Shown here piece after piece: positions 36,945 through 49,159 of a stretch of DNA of 64,000 nucleotides. The notes under the pieces were generated by a model, which was not told where the DNA came from, ran no database searches, and saw only the letters and a program-made list of their open reading frames with translations. The stretch covers positions 18,896,524 to 18,960,523 of the forward strand of contig JARFYF010000046.1 of assembly GCA_030265395.1 (NCBI GenBank), in the 5' to 3' direction. Source of the DNA: Rhina ancylostomus (lineage: Eukaryota). The position numbers and the translations under genes are program-made. The stretch's first letter is position 1. Each line of letters opens with the position of its first letter.

Positions 36945-38170
36945 TAGCTTATGTTTGTCTGTCTTGCAGGCGGAGGATGTGGGCAAGGTTCTAAATGAGT
37001 TCTTTATGTCTGTATTTACCATGGAGAAGGATGTGGAGGATGGTGAGTTCAGTGTGGAGCATGCTAATATGCTAGGCCATTTTGAGATAAAGAAAGAAGC
37101 TGTATTGGATCTCTTAAAGAACATTAAGGTGGATAATTCTCCAGGGCCTGATGAGATATACCCCAGATTATTGAGAGATGCAAGAGATGAGATTGCTGGG
37201 GCTCTGACCAAGATATTCATGTCCTCTCTAGCCACAGGCGAGGTCCCAGAGGATTGGAGAGTAGCTAATGCTGTTCTGTTATTCAAGAGAGGAAGTAGGA
37301 TTAATCCTGGAAACAATCGACCAGTGAGTCTCATGCCAGTGGTAGGGAAGCTACTGGAGAGGATTCTTAGGGATTGGATTTATGAGCATTTGAAAAAGCA
37401 TGGCCTAGTTAGCAATAGTCAGCATAGCTTTGTGTGGGGCAAGTCATGTCTTACTAACTACATTGAGTTTTTCTAGGAGGTGACAAAGGTGATTGATGAA
37501 GGTAGAGCTGTAGATATTGTCCACGTGGATTTTAGTAAGGCGTATAACAAGGTCCCTCATGGGAGGCTCATCAAAACGATTGAGATGCATGGGATCCATG
37601 GTGACTTGGCCATTTGGATTCAGAATTCTGGTCGCCCCATAATAGGGAGGATGTGGACGCTTTGGAGAGGGTGCAGAAGAGGTTTACCAAGATGCTGCCT
37701 GGATTAGAGGGCAGGTGCAATGAGGAAAGGTTGGACAAACTTAAGTTGTTTTCTCTGGAGCGGGAAGGCCAAGGAGACCTAACAGAAGTTTATAAGATTA
37801 TGATGAGGCATAGAGAGAGTATCTCTTTCTCAGGGTCAAAATGTCTAAAACTAGAGGACGTGCATTTAATGTGAAAGGCGGCAAGTTTGAAAGGAGATGC
37901 ATGGGGCAAGTTCTTGTTTAAACAAAGAGAGTGGTGAGTGCCTGGAACGCACTGCCAGAAGTGGTAGTGGAGGCAAATCTGATAGAGGCGTTTAAGAGGC
38001 TCTTAGATAGGCACTTGAATATGCCAAGAACGGAGGGAATATGGACATTGTGTAGGCAGAAGGGACTAGTTTAGTTAGGCATTTAATTACTAGTTCAATT
38101 AGTCTGACACAACATCATGGGCCGAAGGCCCTGTTTCGCTGCTGCACTGTTCCACGATATACGTTCCATG
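36945..38170 (+). mobile_element. CR1 LINE, 5'-truncated and internally deleted
   Basis: ORFs read KVDNSPGPDEIYPRLL...WRVANAVLLFKRG..NRPVSL..SCLTN / DFSKAYNKVPHGRL / ALERVQKRFTKMLPGL; 3' tail atgggccgaaggccctgtt. Confidence 0.93.
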
Positions 38171-38254
38171 TTATGTGCTTGCTGCTGCAAAAAGCTAATT
38201 TTATACCCTGTGTATGCATGCCTCTATCAATAATAAACATGAGCTTCTCCTGGA

Positions 38255-38465
38255 AGGACGCAAAAGCAGGGGGAGCTTTCTTCAGCACCCTGGCCAAAAA
38301 TTAACCCTCAACCGATATTTAAAACAAACATTATATGGCACTATCCACTTGTTATTTGTGGGCTCTTTGCAGTACAACAGTGACTCCCTTTCAAAAATAC
38401 ATTATCCTCTTCAAAGACTTTTTTGGTAAGACATGACATGCAGTATCTCAATGCACATCTCACTT
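38255..38465 (+). mobile_element. DeuSINE 3' portion (Deu domain and L2-like tail)
   Basis: gcagggggagctttc..ctggccaaaaattaaccctcaacc...tttgtgggctctttgc..caacagtgact..ttcaaaa. Confidence 0.6.
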
Positions 38466-38731
38466 TCCTCATTACTGATCTAAAACCTTATTAAATAGTC
38501 ACTATCTTTGTATCCGAAAGCACTCATACCCTTCACACTTCTCCAACCTCACATGGCCTGTTCTAAAGCTTCTTCTTTGTAAGTCATTCTTCTTTGTAAA
38601 ATTGTTCTGATTTTATTCATGGTCTTACTTTACACATCTTAAATCACATGCAATTAAATCTGCAACATTTTGTTTTAGGTAAACAAAAATTTCTTGCCAT
38701 AAGGATCCTGTTGGAAAAATCTTTCCCTCAC

Positions 38732-38875
38732 CTGGGATTCAATCACAGGAGTGGCAGAAACCTCAATGAGGCTTTCCGATTCCTCGATGTCATCTGCTGG
38801 GGCTTCATCAGGAATAATCACCACCGGTTTCACATGCTCTGCCAGGGCAGAAGCTCTCAAAAAATTAGGAGGACT
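38732..38875 (-). CDS. HIP1R: HIP1R exon 11: SPPNFLRASALAEHVKPVVIIPDEAPADDIEESESLIEVSATPVIESQ
   Basis: 144 nt, gaaag/gtgagg. Confidence 0.96.
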
Positions 38876-39459
38876 CTTTCAAAACAAAACATAAGATATG
38901 TTATATATCTGGATATCGTCCAAGAGGTATTAACAATCCATCTATGGTTCTATGAAGTGTGTGTGAATCCTGGTTTATTTCTATAAATGCGTAGGAATTT
39001 CCCCACATCTCGTCACCTCAGCACATGGTAGCTGTGCATGAAGAAAATCCTGGTAACTGTAACACAGAGCTTTGAGTCTTCAACCAAGAGCATAGATTGT
39101 ATTCCCACCTTAGTAGGGGAAGCATTTGGGGATGTTGAGGATGAACCCAAGAGGGCAAATATTCTAATCTTGATTCGGGAGCAATGGGAATGAAATGCAT
39201 TTAAGCAAAACACATGCTAGCTGACCATGCAGAAATACCAACAGCATTAGCAGACTAAGCTTTGATTTATTGTAGCCTATACAGGAAGGAATTTAAAATA
39301 CTATTTTGCTCTGTAAAGCAAAAGGAAATGGGTAAAACTAACTACCTTCAGAAGCTTCAAAAAAAAGTTTGCATTACATTAAACTTTAAAAGTGTCATCC
39401 TTAGCACATGTAATAGAAGCTAGTAGTTTATAAGTTAATTTCTAAAAAAAATCCCATAC

Positions 39460-39535
39460 CTCAGGCAATTTTGGGATCTGGATGAGACGTTTGAAATACA
39501 ACATGTCACGAGATCGGCTAAAGAAACTTTTTAGG
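39460..39535 (-). CDS. HIP1R: HIP1R exon 10: (S)LKSFFSRSRDMLYFKRLIQIPKLPE
   Basis: 76 nt, tgcag/gtatgg; end of ANTH domain. Confidence 0.96.
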
Positions 39536-40282
39536 CTGCAACAAAATCAAAGACAGCAAAATTAAATACTCTGCACCGTGTCCATAAATACAAGTAAAAA
39601 TTATTTCGAGTGCATTGTAATGAGTTACTTCAGATTTCTCCACTAAACAGCACCTTCCCTGAATATCCTTCCAAAGTCTTTTACAATCACCTTTATCAAG
39701 TTCCTGCCCATTTTTGTCATATCAATGAATATCAAGATTGCATGCCTCACACCCCAAGTCTATTTAAACATACAGCAGGTGAACTCGGCACTAACTCACT
39801 GCCTAAACAATAAGATTGCCAGTTTAATGCCAAATGCTGATTTATGATGTAGCACAACTCACCAAAATATTGCATGCCACAGTCCAAGTGCTGATAAATG
39901 GGATTAATGTAGAAAAGTACTTGATGGTTGCATAGACATACTATCACAAAGGTAAAAACTCAGTGATGAAAGTAGGTATAGATTTTATTTGTTGGGGCAA
40001 GGTAGTGGTATGGAAGCAACTTTTGGCAAAACAACTAAAATCTATTCACATCTTTTAGTACAAATCCACACACAAGTAGTATGAACATAATGTACAAGCT
40101 TTCCTTCCCTGCTACTGCATTGTTCAAACTTAGAAAAAGTCTGCAGCCAGCAGCAGAATAAACTTTACAAATTATGGAACATTTATTCTCCATCCATCTA
40201 CCCAGCCAGTCAAGAGAGAGAGAGAGTTCCCAGAGAGGAGCCTCTGCTGGTTTGTTAATATTGTGAACAAATTCTTAGGTAC

Positions 40283-40340
40283 CTGTGAAATTCATCATAG
40301 AATCGGTCCCTATGTCCTTGCAAAGTGTCTGCTGGCAGGC
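40283..40340 (-). CDS. HIP1R: HIP1R exon 9: (C)LPADTLQGHRDRFYDEFHS
   Basis: 58 nt, aacag/gtacct. Confidence 0.96.
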
Positions 40341-42275
40341 CTGTTAAAGAAGGTACATCATAATGCATTTTAAGTCATGAACAACTCTACTTTCATTTGC
40401 TTATACTATAAATTAAAGCCTCCATTAAGAGTTTCTCCAAGTGATCAAACCAAAACAAAGTTTGTGGATTAAAATAATTCACAGATACACCATGCACAGT
40501 CTTTCAGGAAGCTTCTCACAAACCATTACACAAGAGAAAATAGATGAAAATGAAGGGCTTGGATTTACAGAAAGGAGGAAAATTAATTAAAAGTTGGTTG
40601 AACCTGCTCTAGACAACACTTAATACAAGATAGGAGGTCAGAGAGCAGAAGAAACCTTCCATGGTGCAGACGACTAAGAAACTGTGGAATGTACTAAGGA
40701 TTTAACAAGAAAACGTTAACACTTAAAAACAGATTAGAAAGGAAGTAAAGGTATATGGAGGCAGGATGGCACATGGGGATAATTTCTATGAATGGACTAA
40801 GTGGGCTGATTCAATGTAATCAGCTGATCATGGTCCCAGTGGCTAAGCAACTCTCACGCCAGTCCTTGAGAACTGATGCCATTTCAGAGTGTAATACTTA
40901 AGAAATATTTTAGAGGTAGTAATACATCAATGGCTAAGAGTAAAGATAAAGGGAAAATGTGAGAAATGAGAGGAGAAAAATGAAACAACAAAGGTTGTGT
41001 TGATTTTGTCAAACATGATGAATGAGAATACATCCAAGAAAGTTAACACAGCGGAGTAATAAAAGTTTAATAGCCTTGAGTTCCTTGTTAAGAACAAGAC
41101 TTTTCAGTGCAAATAGTGTGGGTGAAAACTCAGTGATTATTAAATTCAAATGCACAGTATAATAAATGATTTAATCTCTTCCAAAATGCATATAAACACG
41201 TCCTGTAAGTTAACATTAAACAATAGAGCTGAAGGTGATTCTAGTCGCTGCACCAGATATTGTCAGTAAGCAAAGACTACACATTGGCCCACACAAAGGA
41301 TGCACATAATTGTAATTGATATCAATCTCAGTCTGAATATGAAAAACTGATTAAACTCTATAAGTTCCCATGAGTTAGAACCTAAATAAGAGTTTAAAAT
41401 AAATTTTTAAATGGTCTTTTGTACTGATTTCTAGAATTAAAATTTTAATCAAACCTTTTCCTTTTACAGTCATATTGGAAAAGCAAAATTGATTATGACA
41501 AATGATTCCATTTGAAATATTACTGACTCTTTACATTCAATGAATACCTGCGTGCTCCATTATTTTATTTCATACTCTGACAAATGCAATTCCCACATTT
41601 CTTGATATGATTACAACCTACATTGCGCAATTTTGGTGACAACAGCCTACAATTGCAACTGTGCAACACCCAAAGAAACAGGCATGTGATATTTTGCACG
41701 TGTATGGTAAAGTTAATCCTAGTTGTTAATACAGCAAAGTTCTTTTGGTGGAAATGTTTCTTGCACCCTGCTGCTGTTTTCCTAGTGCTCAGCTAGAAAC
41801 AGACTTTAGTGATCAGAGAAATGGCTTCATGTTCATCAGATAGAAAATGAGCCAAAAATCTAGGTTCTCAATGCCTTTGTAGAAGATCCTGAAAGCACCG
41901 TCTGTGTATCGTGACAGAGCTCTAATGAGCATCTGTTTGGGAGTCTGGTGTCAAGCATGTGGAGGAGGTGACCTGCTCATTGGAACTGGCTGAGTGTAAT
42001 TACATCCTCAAGTATGGAGATATTGCCCTGGGAGAAGACGCTGACATCAAGTCACATAACCTGCCTGTGTATTTGGACAATTTTATGGCAATGGCATTAA
42101 TGGTACAAGTCTGTGATTTGGATTTGCTTGCTGTAGGTAGTCCTGGTCTCCAAAACATGAAGACAGGGACCATGGTGAACTTCAACATTCAAGTCTGTTT
42201 CACTGATATGTACTCTCAGGACTACAGGAAGGTGAATGGAGCATGTCATAGGATAAGCTGTTGAAGTTATCTCAT

Positions 42276-42580
42276 AGAGAGAGCGAGAGAGAGAGACAGA
42301 GCGCGCCAGAGAGAGACAGAGCGCGCAAGAGAGAGAGAGAGACAGAGCGCAANNNNNNNNNNNNNNNNNNNNNNNNNNNNNNNNNNNNNNNNNNNNNNNN
42401 NNNNNNNNNNNNNNNNNNNNNNNNNNNNNNNNNNNNNNNNNNNNNNNNNNNNAAGAGAGAGAGACAGAGCGCAAGAGAGAGAGAGAGACAGAGCGCAAGA
42501 GAGAGAGAGACAGAGCGCAAGAGAGAGAGAGAGAGACAGAGCGCAAGAGAAGGCAACACACACACAAAGACAGACAGAGA
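42276..42580. repeat. Compound minisatellite (GA)nCAGAGCGCAA, unit about 20-24 nt, spanning an N gap
   Basis: Repeated gagagagagacagagcgcaa units on both sides of the gap. Confidence 0.92.
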
Positions 42581-42769
42581 GGGAAAGACTGAAAACTTTT
42601 ATATTCTCTTTTTCATGCTCCAAGTGCCATCTTTAACCTATTAATCAGGTAATTTCCTCAGCAACTTATTCCCCCAAGCCAACCCTGCCTCAACCTGTCA
42701 GGGATATTTCCTTTGCCCTATTCATCTCTCCCAGACCTTCTATGCCCCTTAAAAACTAACGTGTTTCCT

Positions 42770-42855
42770 AACTTTCACAGTTCCAATGAAGGGTCTTCAA
42801 CCTAAAATGTTAACTGTTTCTCTCCCCACGGATGCTGATTGACCCACTGAGTTTA
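42770..42855 (+). mobile_element. Penelope-like terminal-repeat fragment
   Basis: cagttccaatgaagggtcttcaacctaaaatgttaactgtttctctccccacggatgctgattgacccactgagtt. Confidence 0.6.
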
Positions 42856-43235
42856 AAGTTCCCTGTTTACATGTCCATGTTATTAGCTCCATTTCATTCT
42901 GTGACTCTTCTCACACTTAAAATAACGTGTGAACTATAACAGAATGTTGTCAAACCTTGCAATTTGATACCAAAGCTGTTGGTCTAAAATTCTGAAACAT
43001 GAACATATTAAAAATGAATTTGCACAAACCACCAGTGAAGAAAATCACAACAGTGACATCCTTGCTGCCATAGATTCACTCTAGGTCTCTCATACCTGCT
43101 GGGTTACAGTTCTGTAGGGACTGAAAACCTCAGCTAAATGAAGGGGACACAGTCTAGTGTGACCTTGTCACAGATGGGGACTCTCAAAGCCAGCCCCATT
43201 TTTTTCTCGGAGCAATAGTTAAGGAAACAGGAGAG

Positions 43236-43525
43236 AGGCACGGCAATGTAGCAGTCAGCATAATGCTTTACAGCCCCAGCAACCCAGGTTCAAATCCAGC
43301 CACTGTCTGTAAGGAGCTTGTGCGTTCTCCCCGTGTCTGCGTGGGTTTCCTCCAGGTGTTCCGGTTTCCTCGCACATTCCAGAGACATACAGGTTAGGAA
43401 GTTGTGGGCGTGCTATGTTGGCGCTGGAATCATGGTGACACTTGCAGGCTGCCCCCAGAACACTACGCAAAAAGATGTATTTCACTGTGTGCTTCGATGT
43501 ACATATGACTAATAAAGATATCTGA
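43236..43525 (+). mobile_element. tRNA-derived V-SINE (HE1-related), near full length
   Basis: A-box-like ggcacggcaatgtagcagtcagc, B-box ggttcaaatcc, V-domain ttctccccgtgtctgcgtgggtttcctccaggtgttccggtttcctc, tail tttcactgtgtgcttcgatgtacatatgactaataaa. Confidence 0.88.
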
Positions 43526-43769
43526 CTTTTGTTGTCCCTGTGAACTAGTTGGTAACCTGTTGTAACACTAGTAGTCATGGCAATCCCTATAGCCTGGCAA
43601 TGCTCTACTGAAGTGCTGATGAATGCATTTGTCACGGAAGAATAGGTTCTCTGTCACACATCACGCGAGTGTGTCACAGCATAACACTGAGACATCATGA
43701 ACTGGCCAAACCTGACATTCCAGATAGCTCCCTAGTCAGTTTTCAATGAAAGGTCAAGACAACAAAAGA

Positions 43770-44110
43770 GACTGCAGATGCTGGAATCTGGAACAAAATA
43801 ATCATGGGGTTTGAGAGGGTGGGATGGAGGCTGGCAGGTGATGTGGAATTAGATGGGGAGGTGCTCTCCTCCCACACACTCACCTGTCACCTAGGTTTCT
43901 TCTCCCTCTATTCGCCTTTCCCATCCCCTCACCCCATTTAGTTTCATCTGCCCATTATCCCTTCTGCATCGAGCTCCATCTAGATCCTACCAGCCTGTTT
44001 CCTCCTCCCCCACCCACAGTACTGCTATTTGTTGGCAATCTTTCCTCTTCCCTCAGTCCTGATGCAGGGCCTGGATCTGAAACATCAACCTACACCTTTT
44101 GCCTCCCCAG
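43770..44110. mobile_element. Penelope-like fragments (mixed orientation)
   Basis: ctgcagatgctggaatctggaac on one strand, then a pyrimidine-rich body ending cagtcctgatgcagggcctggatctgaaac. Confidence 0.55.
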
Positions 44111-44494
44111 GCCCAACCTCCAAGGGCAGCGTGCAACAATTAAGCAATGTTCTTTTGTCTGAGAGCAAACAATCACTTTGGGGAAATTCATTTAACCTGA
44201 AGTAGATCAAATCACTCCTTCACACATTGTGTGAGCTTTGCCCATCCCACACTGATTCCAGAGAATATAACTGAGCCAACAGTCATAGCTACTCCTTGTG
44301 GTACTCAATCACAGCAAGTAGAATACATGACCTCTTCTGCTATTACTACAGCTGCTTCCGAAAATAACGCTGTTACAAAAACAAGTTCTTCCAGTGGCAC
44401 CCAAGGCCTGTTGGAGGAAAGCCAGCACCATTTTGTTCATTGCATTATTTTGTTCTGACGGCATCACTGGCAATTTTTTTTGTATAAACTCATT

Positions 44495-44900
44495 TTTTTC
44501 TGCCACCAGTTATTGCCCATCACTAATTGAGCTTCAGACCATGGCGGTAAGCCACCTTCTTGAGATGCTGCTGTCTTCTTGATGTAGATACTCACACGGT
44601 ATTGTTGGGTAGAGAGCTCCAGGAATTACCCAGTGATGATGAAGGGAAGGCCAAATATATCCAAATAGGATGGTAAGCAACTTAGAGGAATCTACAGGTA
44701 ATGGTGTTCCTTATGCCAGCTGTCCACATCCTCCGTGGTGTAGAGGTACTGTTAGTTAGTAATCAAGAGGAAGTTTCCTTGCCTATGTTTGACCTGATGC
44801 CATAAGACCTTGAGGTTTGGAGTTAATGCTGAGCACTCCTAAGAATATTCTCTCCCACCTACATACCACTGTACCACCAAGGCTGGTGGGTCTGTCCTGC
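44495..44900 (-). mobile_element. Degraded CR1-like LINE 3' fragment (same family as 60770-61745)
   Basis: ttattgcccatcactaattgagcttcag...ttgggtagagagctccaggaatt..cagtgatgatgaagg is similar to 60800-60950. Confidence 0.5.
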
Positions 44901-47899
44901 CAGCGAATTTATCTTGGAGAAATATGGTATGTTCTGTGCAAGGATTCTCTGATCTGTGATTACAAAAATGTCAGGCTGTTGCACACCCAGTCTGTGGCAC
45001 ACCTTAACAAATTTAGATATCAGTCCCCAGATTGTTCAATGCCAAATGAGGTGAGAACAACTTTGCCACGTCCACTCTTGATGCCTAGTTTGATGATGGG
45101 TGCCCCAGGTGGTTTAAGTCTAATGCTGCTGTAAATTTGCTTGCTAAACTATTTCAGAGGCCAATTAAGGATCAGCCACTCTGTTCCGTCTAGATTCATA
45201 AGAAGGCCAGAGCCAGTAGAACAGCAAATTTCCTTTCCAAAGGAGATTTGTGAACTAGATAGGTCTTTAATGACAACCTGGTAGCTTCATGAACACCATT
45301 GCTGAGACTAACAGTTCTTTTTAAATTCCAGATTAATCAATAAGAATTTAAATTCCACAACTGCCACAATGGGATTTAAGATCACGTCTCTAGATTGTTA
45401 GAGGACTATCAGGTCATTCACCATGCCACCACCCATACCTGAGCTGTATTGTCTAACAAGCATTTCAGCTATTGTGCACTTTATACAAATGATATTGCTA
45501 AAGTCACAGTGAAAGAAAAATTCACCTTTGTCAATTGCACTAAATTCCTGCCAGTTGTATTCTCTGTCCACCTAATCAAAGGGAGCCCATGTAGGAGAGA
45601 CTAAAACTGACAGACAACACTCTGACATGCAGCAACAGAGGTGAATTCCCACCTCCCACCCCCCAACACAGTCACAAATGTTGCGCAACAACTTGTACAT
45701 CCACAATTGCATCATTGTCTGCATTCACAGCAATATAGTTAAAAGAGTCAAGAGTAACAGAAGTTTTGATGTGCAACATAAACATGTTTTTTGTTTTAGA
45801 CTGGTATGGATTAATATCTGTTAGTTAGATGCAAACAAGCAAACTATTAAGTTACTGCTTGCCTGATGGCAGAATTTACAAACTATTTCTTTTGTGTTTA
45901 CAAGTTTGACAGCAGGATTAGGGAGCTGAATGTAATAGCACAAGTCTAATTAGGTAAGCATACAGACCTCTGATTCCGCTTAGTGTACACAGGTTGCTCC
46001 TGAAGCCCATCCTTAGCATTTACACTGTTGAGTGTTCTAATGCAAACAGTGAGAAACAGCACCATTGCCTTGGCTTCTCCCTTTACTATGTAGGTATCTA
46101 ATTTACTATGAAACCAAAACATTGACAAAATTGTGTCAGGAAAAATATCAGACTTAAAAAGACATTATATTCTAATATTGCACCTTGACACATCAACTTG
46201 ATGTATAGCAAGGAACACATTCTCTATGTCAAATGCATTTCTCTGCACATTTTCCCCATTCTCCCACCTTACCCCATACCTACCAGACTGATTGCAAGGG
46301 GTCACCATGACTACCAGGAAAATTCTTCTCCAACCTCCGATCATAACCAACCCACACTGACCTCATGAGAATCCTTGAAGATTTATTTTCTAGGTGTAGA
46401 TGCATCACTGCTTGTCAATCTCCATCTCAGGAATAGACCAGCACCTTTCCACATGAACAGCACTAAAATTTGCCATGTGCCATCAACTTATTCCACAAGT
46501 CAACAATGCTACTTGAAAAGCACTCTTGCATTGAACCTACTTTCTATATGAATACTCAACATCTCCCTAACCAGTGCAGTCCATCCACTTGGATGTAGTA
46601 TACCCTGGGAACTCTCCTGTGAATGCTGGTCTTCTAGTACCCAACCTAAACAACCAATCAGTGCAAGAGCAACTTAATAGAGCTCAACTTGGTTAGAGCA
46701 CTTGAAGGAGCTTGCGCTGTAATCTGTTCTGTTTATCATGCTAGTTCCGAACACTTACTCTGTTATACAAGCTGTCAAATTAATGACATGTTTGCTGCAA
46801 ATTTAACATGTAAATTAAGGTTGTGGGAATGTTTTCTCTCAACGTGTTGTGCTATGCAATTTTGTTAGGCTTATTTGCAACACAATGTTAATTATTCATC
46901 CACCTTCAACAAACAAATTTCAACTATCAAGGACTGTGTAGCACCTTCAATGTAGGAAAAGCATTTCAATGCACTTTGTAAAGGTGCAAGGAGAACTGAA
47001 TGTTGAGACAAGGGGATGTTAAGGGGAAAGCAAACTATGGGCATCTTTAGAAGGAGAGGTTAGAAAGTCCATTCCAGGTCTGATGAAATCCCAAAGTTGT
47101 GTGGTTCATCTGGAGATGGTGGGAATGTAAACTGAGGCAAGCTGCAGGAACCAGTATGACCAGACAAGTGTCCCTCATTGTTTAACCAGAGAGGTCTGCA
47201 ATACGTCCATTACTGATGACTGTGGAAGCAACAGTTGGATGCAAGTATGAAGGGAAAGGCCAATAAGGAAAAACTGTGGTGAAGAGAGGCTGGAGGTTGC
47301 CAATGCTCTCCTGGTCATATCTATCACTTCTTAGTTTGGTCATTAAAACAGCTTTGAAAGTGGGATGAGCGGCCATTTTAAAATTATTTAACTTGTTAGC
47401 AAAATTCCTATCTTAGGCCTGAGAAATACTGCTCCCAGTATTTGCTCCAAGATTTCCTCAGGTCTTTTCAAAATGAGAAATATATTATTGAGGACTAGGT
47501 TCACAAAGTTCTATGAACTTCAGAATAGGGCATTCCAAACTACGGGAAAGTAGGATGTACTGCTTCATCAGAGGCAAACAAATAATTAAAATCTGGTTTA
47601 ATCTGGCTGGATATTTAATGAATGGAGATTCATTCCTTAGTTTCTAGCTCAATAGTTACAAGATTTTGACAATGGGTAAGGCAATTATTTCTACCCAGAG
47701 TCTATCTTATAAGCTTCATCCTTTGTCAAGGTGTGTTAACCAAGTGAACAGAGCATCAATATTTCTTCCTTCAAGAGTATCATCAATGAGAAGTTTCATC
47801 CAGTCCACAAGTGAATACCTTCTGAGTGTGTCAAGTATTGCCAGAATCAATTAATTAGCAACATCAAGGCCAAATCCACAATTGTGTGTTTGACCATAA

Positions 47900-48697
47900 C
47901 CTTAAGACCATAAGACATAGGAGCAGAATTAGGCCATTTGGCCCATCAAGTCTGCTCCACCATTCAATCATGGCTGTTTTTTTTTAAACAACCCCATTCT
48001 CCTGCCTTCTCCCTATAACCCTTAATCCCCTTACTGATCAAGAACATATCAATATCTGCCTTAACTACACCCAATAATATGGCTTCTAGAGTGCTCTGTG
48101 ACAACAAATTCCAAAGATTCATCACCCTCTGACTGAAGAAATTCCTCCTCATCTTCGTTCTAAAGGGACCTCCCTTTATTCTGAGGTTGTGCCCTCGGAT
48201 CTTAGATTCTCCTACAAGGGAAACATTCTCTCTGTGTCCACTCTATCCAGGCCTTTCAGTATTCGGCAAGTTTCAATGAGATCCCTTCTCCTCCCATCCT
48301 TCTAAACTCTATCAAGTACAGGCCCAGAGACTTCAAACATTCCTCACATGTTAAGCCTTTCATATCTGGGATCATTCTAGTAATCCTCCTCTTGACCCTC
48401 TGCAAGGCCAACTCATCTTTCCTTNNNNNNNNNNNNNNNNNNNNNNNNNNNNNNNNNNNNNNNNNNNNNNNNNNNNNNNNNNNNNNNNNNNNNNNNNNNN
48501 NNNNNNNNNNNNNNNNNNNNNNNNCCCCCCGAATTACTCTCAGAAACTCCTGCCATTGCTGCTTCACTGACTTCCATGCTAGGGTCCCCTTCCAATCAGC
48601 TCTGGCCAGCTCCTCCCTCATGCCCCTGTAGTTACCTTTACTTAACTGTAATATCGTTACATCTGATTTCAGCTTCTCCCTCTCAAACTGCAGGGTC
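47900..48697 (-). mobile_element. CR1 LINE fragment(s) with intact 3' tail, interrupted by an N gap
   Basis: Minus ORFs MRRNFFSQRVMNLWN, LALQRVKRRITRMIP, MREELARADWK; tail (gaccataa)n gacataggagcagaattaggccatt. Confidence 0.9.
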
Positions 48698-49018
48698 TGG
48701 GAAGGAAATGCTCTACCTTAAATCCCTTGGTTTGGTAAAGGAACAGTAATATGGTTTGTTCAAAGCCATCCGAAAAACACAGGAATTCTGAGCATCACTT
48801 CAGCACAGAGAGAAAAAAATAATCACACGAGACGCCACACTGCAAGAGAAATACTCCAGGGGGATTATTAATGGTGTCAGCAACACTTAATTGAGATCTC
48901 TATTCGGCAATGATTAAATGGGTTAAACCCAATTAATATTATCTGCAATTTATTCATTTTGGCAGTTTCTAGTTTCATCAGGCATTTAAAAAGTGTTGCA
49001 GCTTTGCTGGATACTTAC

Positions 49019-49159
49019 ATGAGTGGAGTTTGAACATTAGCTTTACAGTGTAGTGATACAGGTGGCTGCAGTCTTGGATCACCTGAATGAGAGGAGCCAG
49101 TCGACACTGACCAGATGGTGTCTGTGATACTGCGTAAGAAGTATCCAGTGACCTGAATA
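49019..49159 (-). CDS. HIP1R: HIP1R exon 8: VFRSLDTSYAVSQTPSGQCRLAPLIQVIQDCSHLYHYTVKLMFKLHS
   Basis: 141 nt, tttag/gtaagt; ANTH domain. Confidence 0.97.

Noticed and set aside
42097-42644. Long ERERQSAR / LSLSCA ORFs
   Set aside because: Translation artefacts of the minisatellite and N gap
43236-43310. tRNA gene
   Set aside because: The A/B boxes belong to a V-SINE head; no cloverleaf
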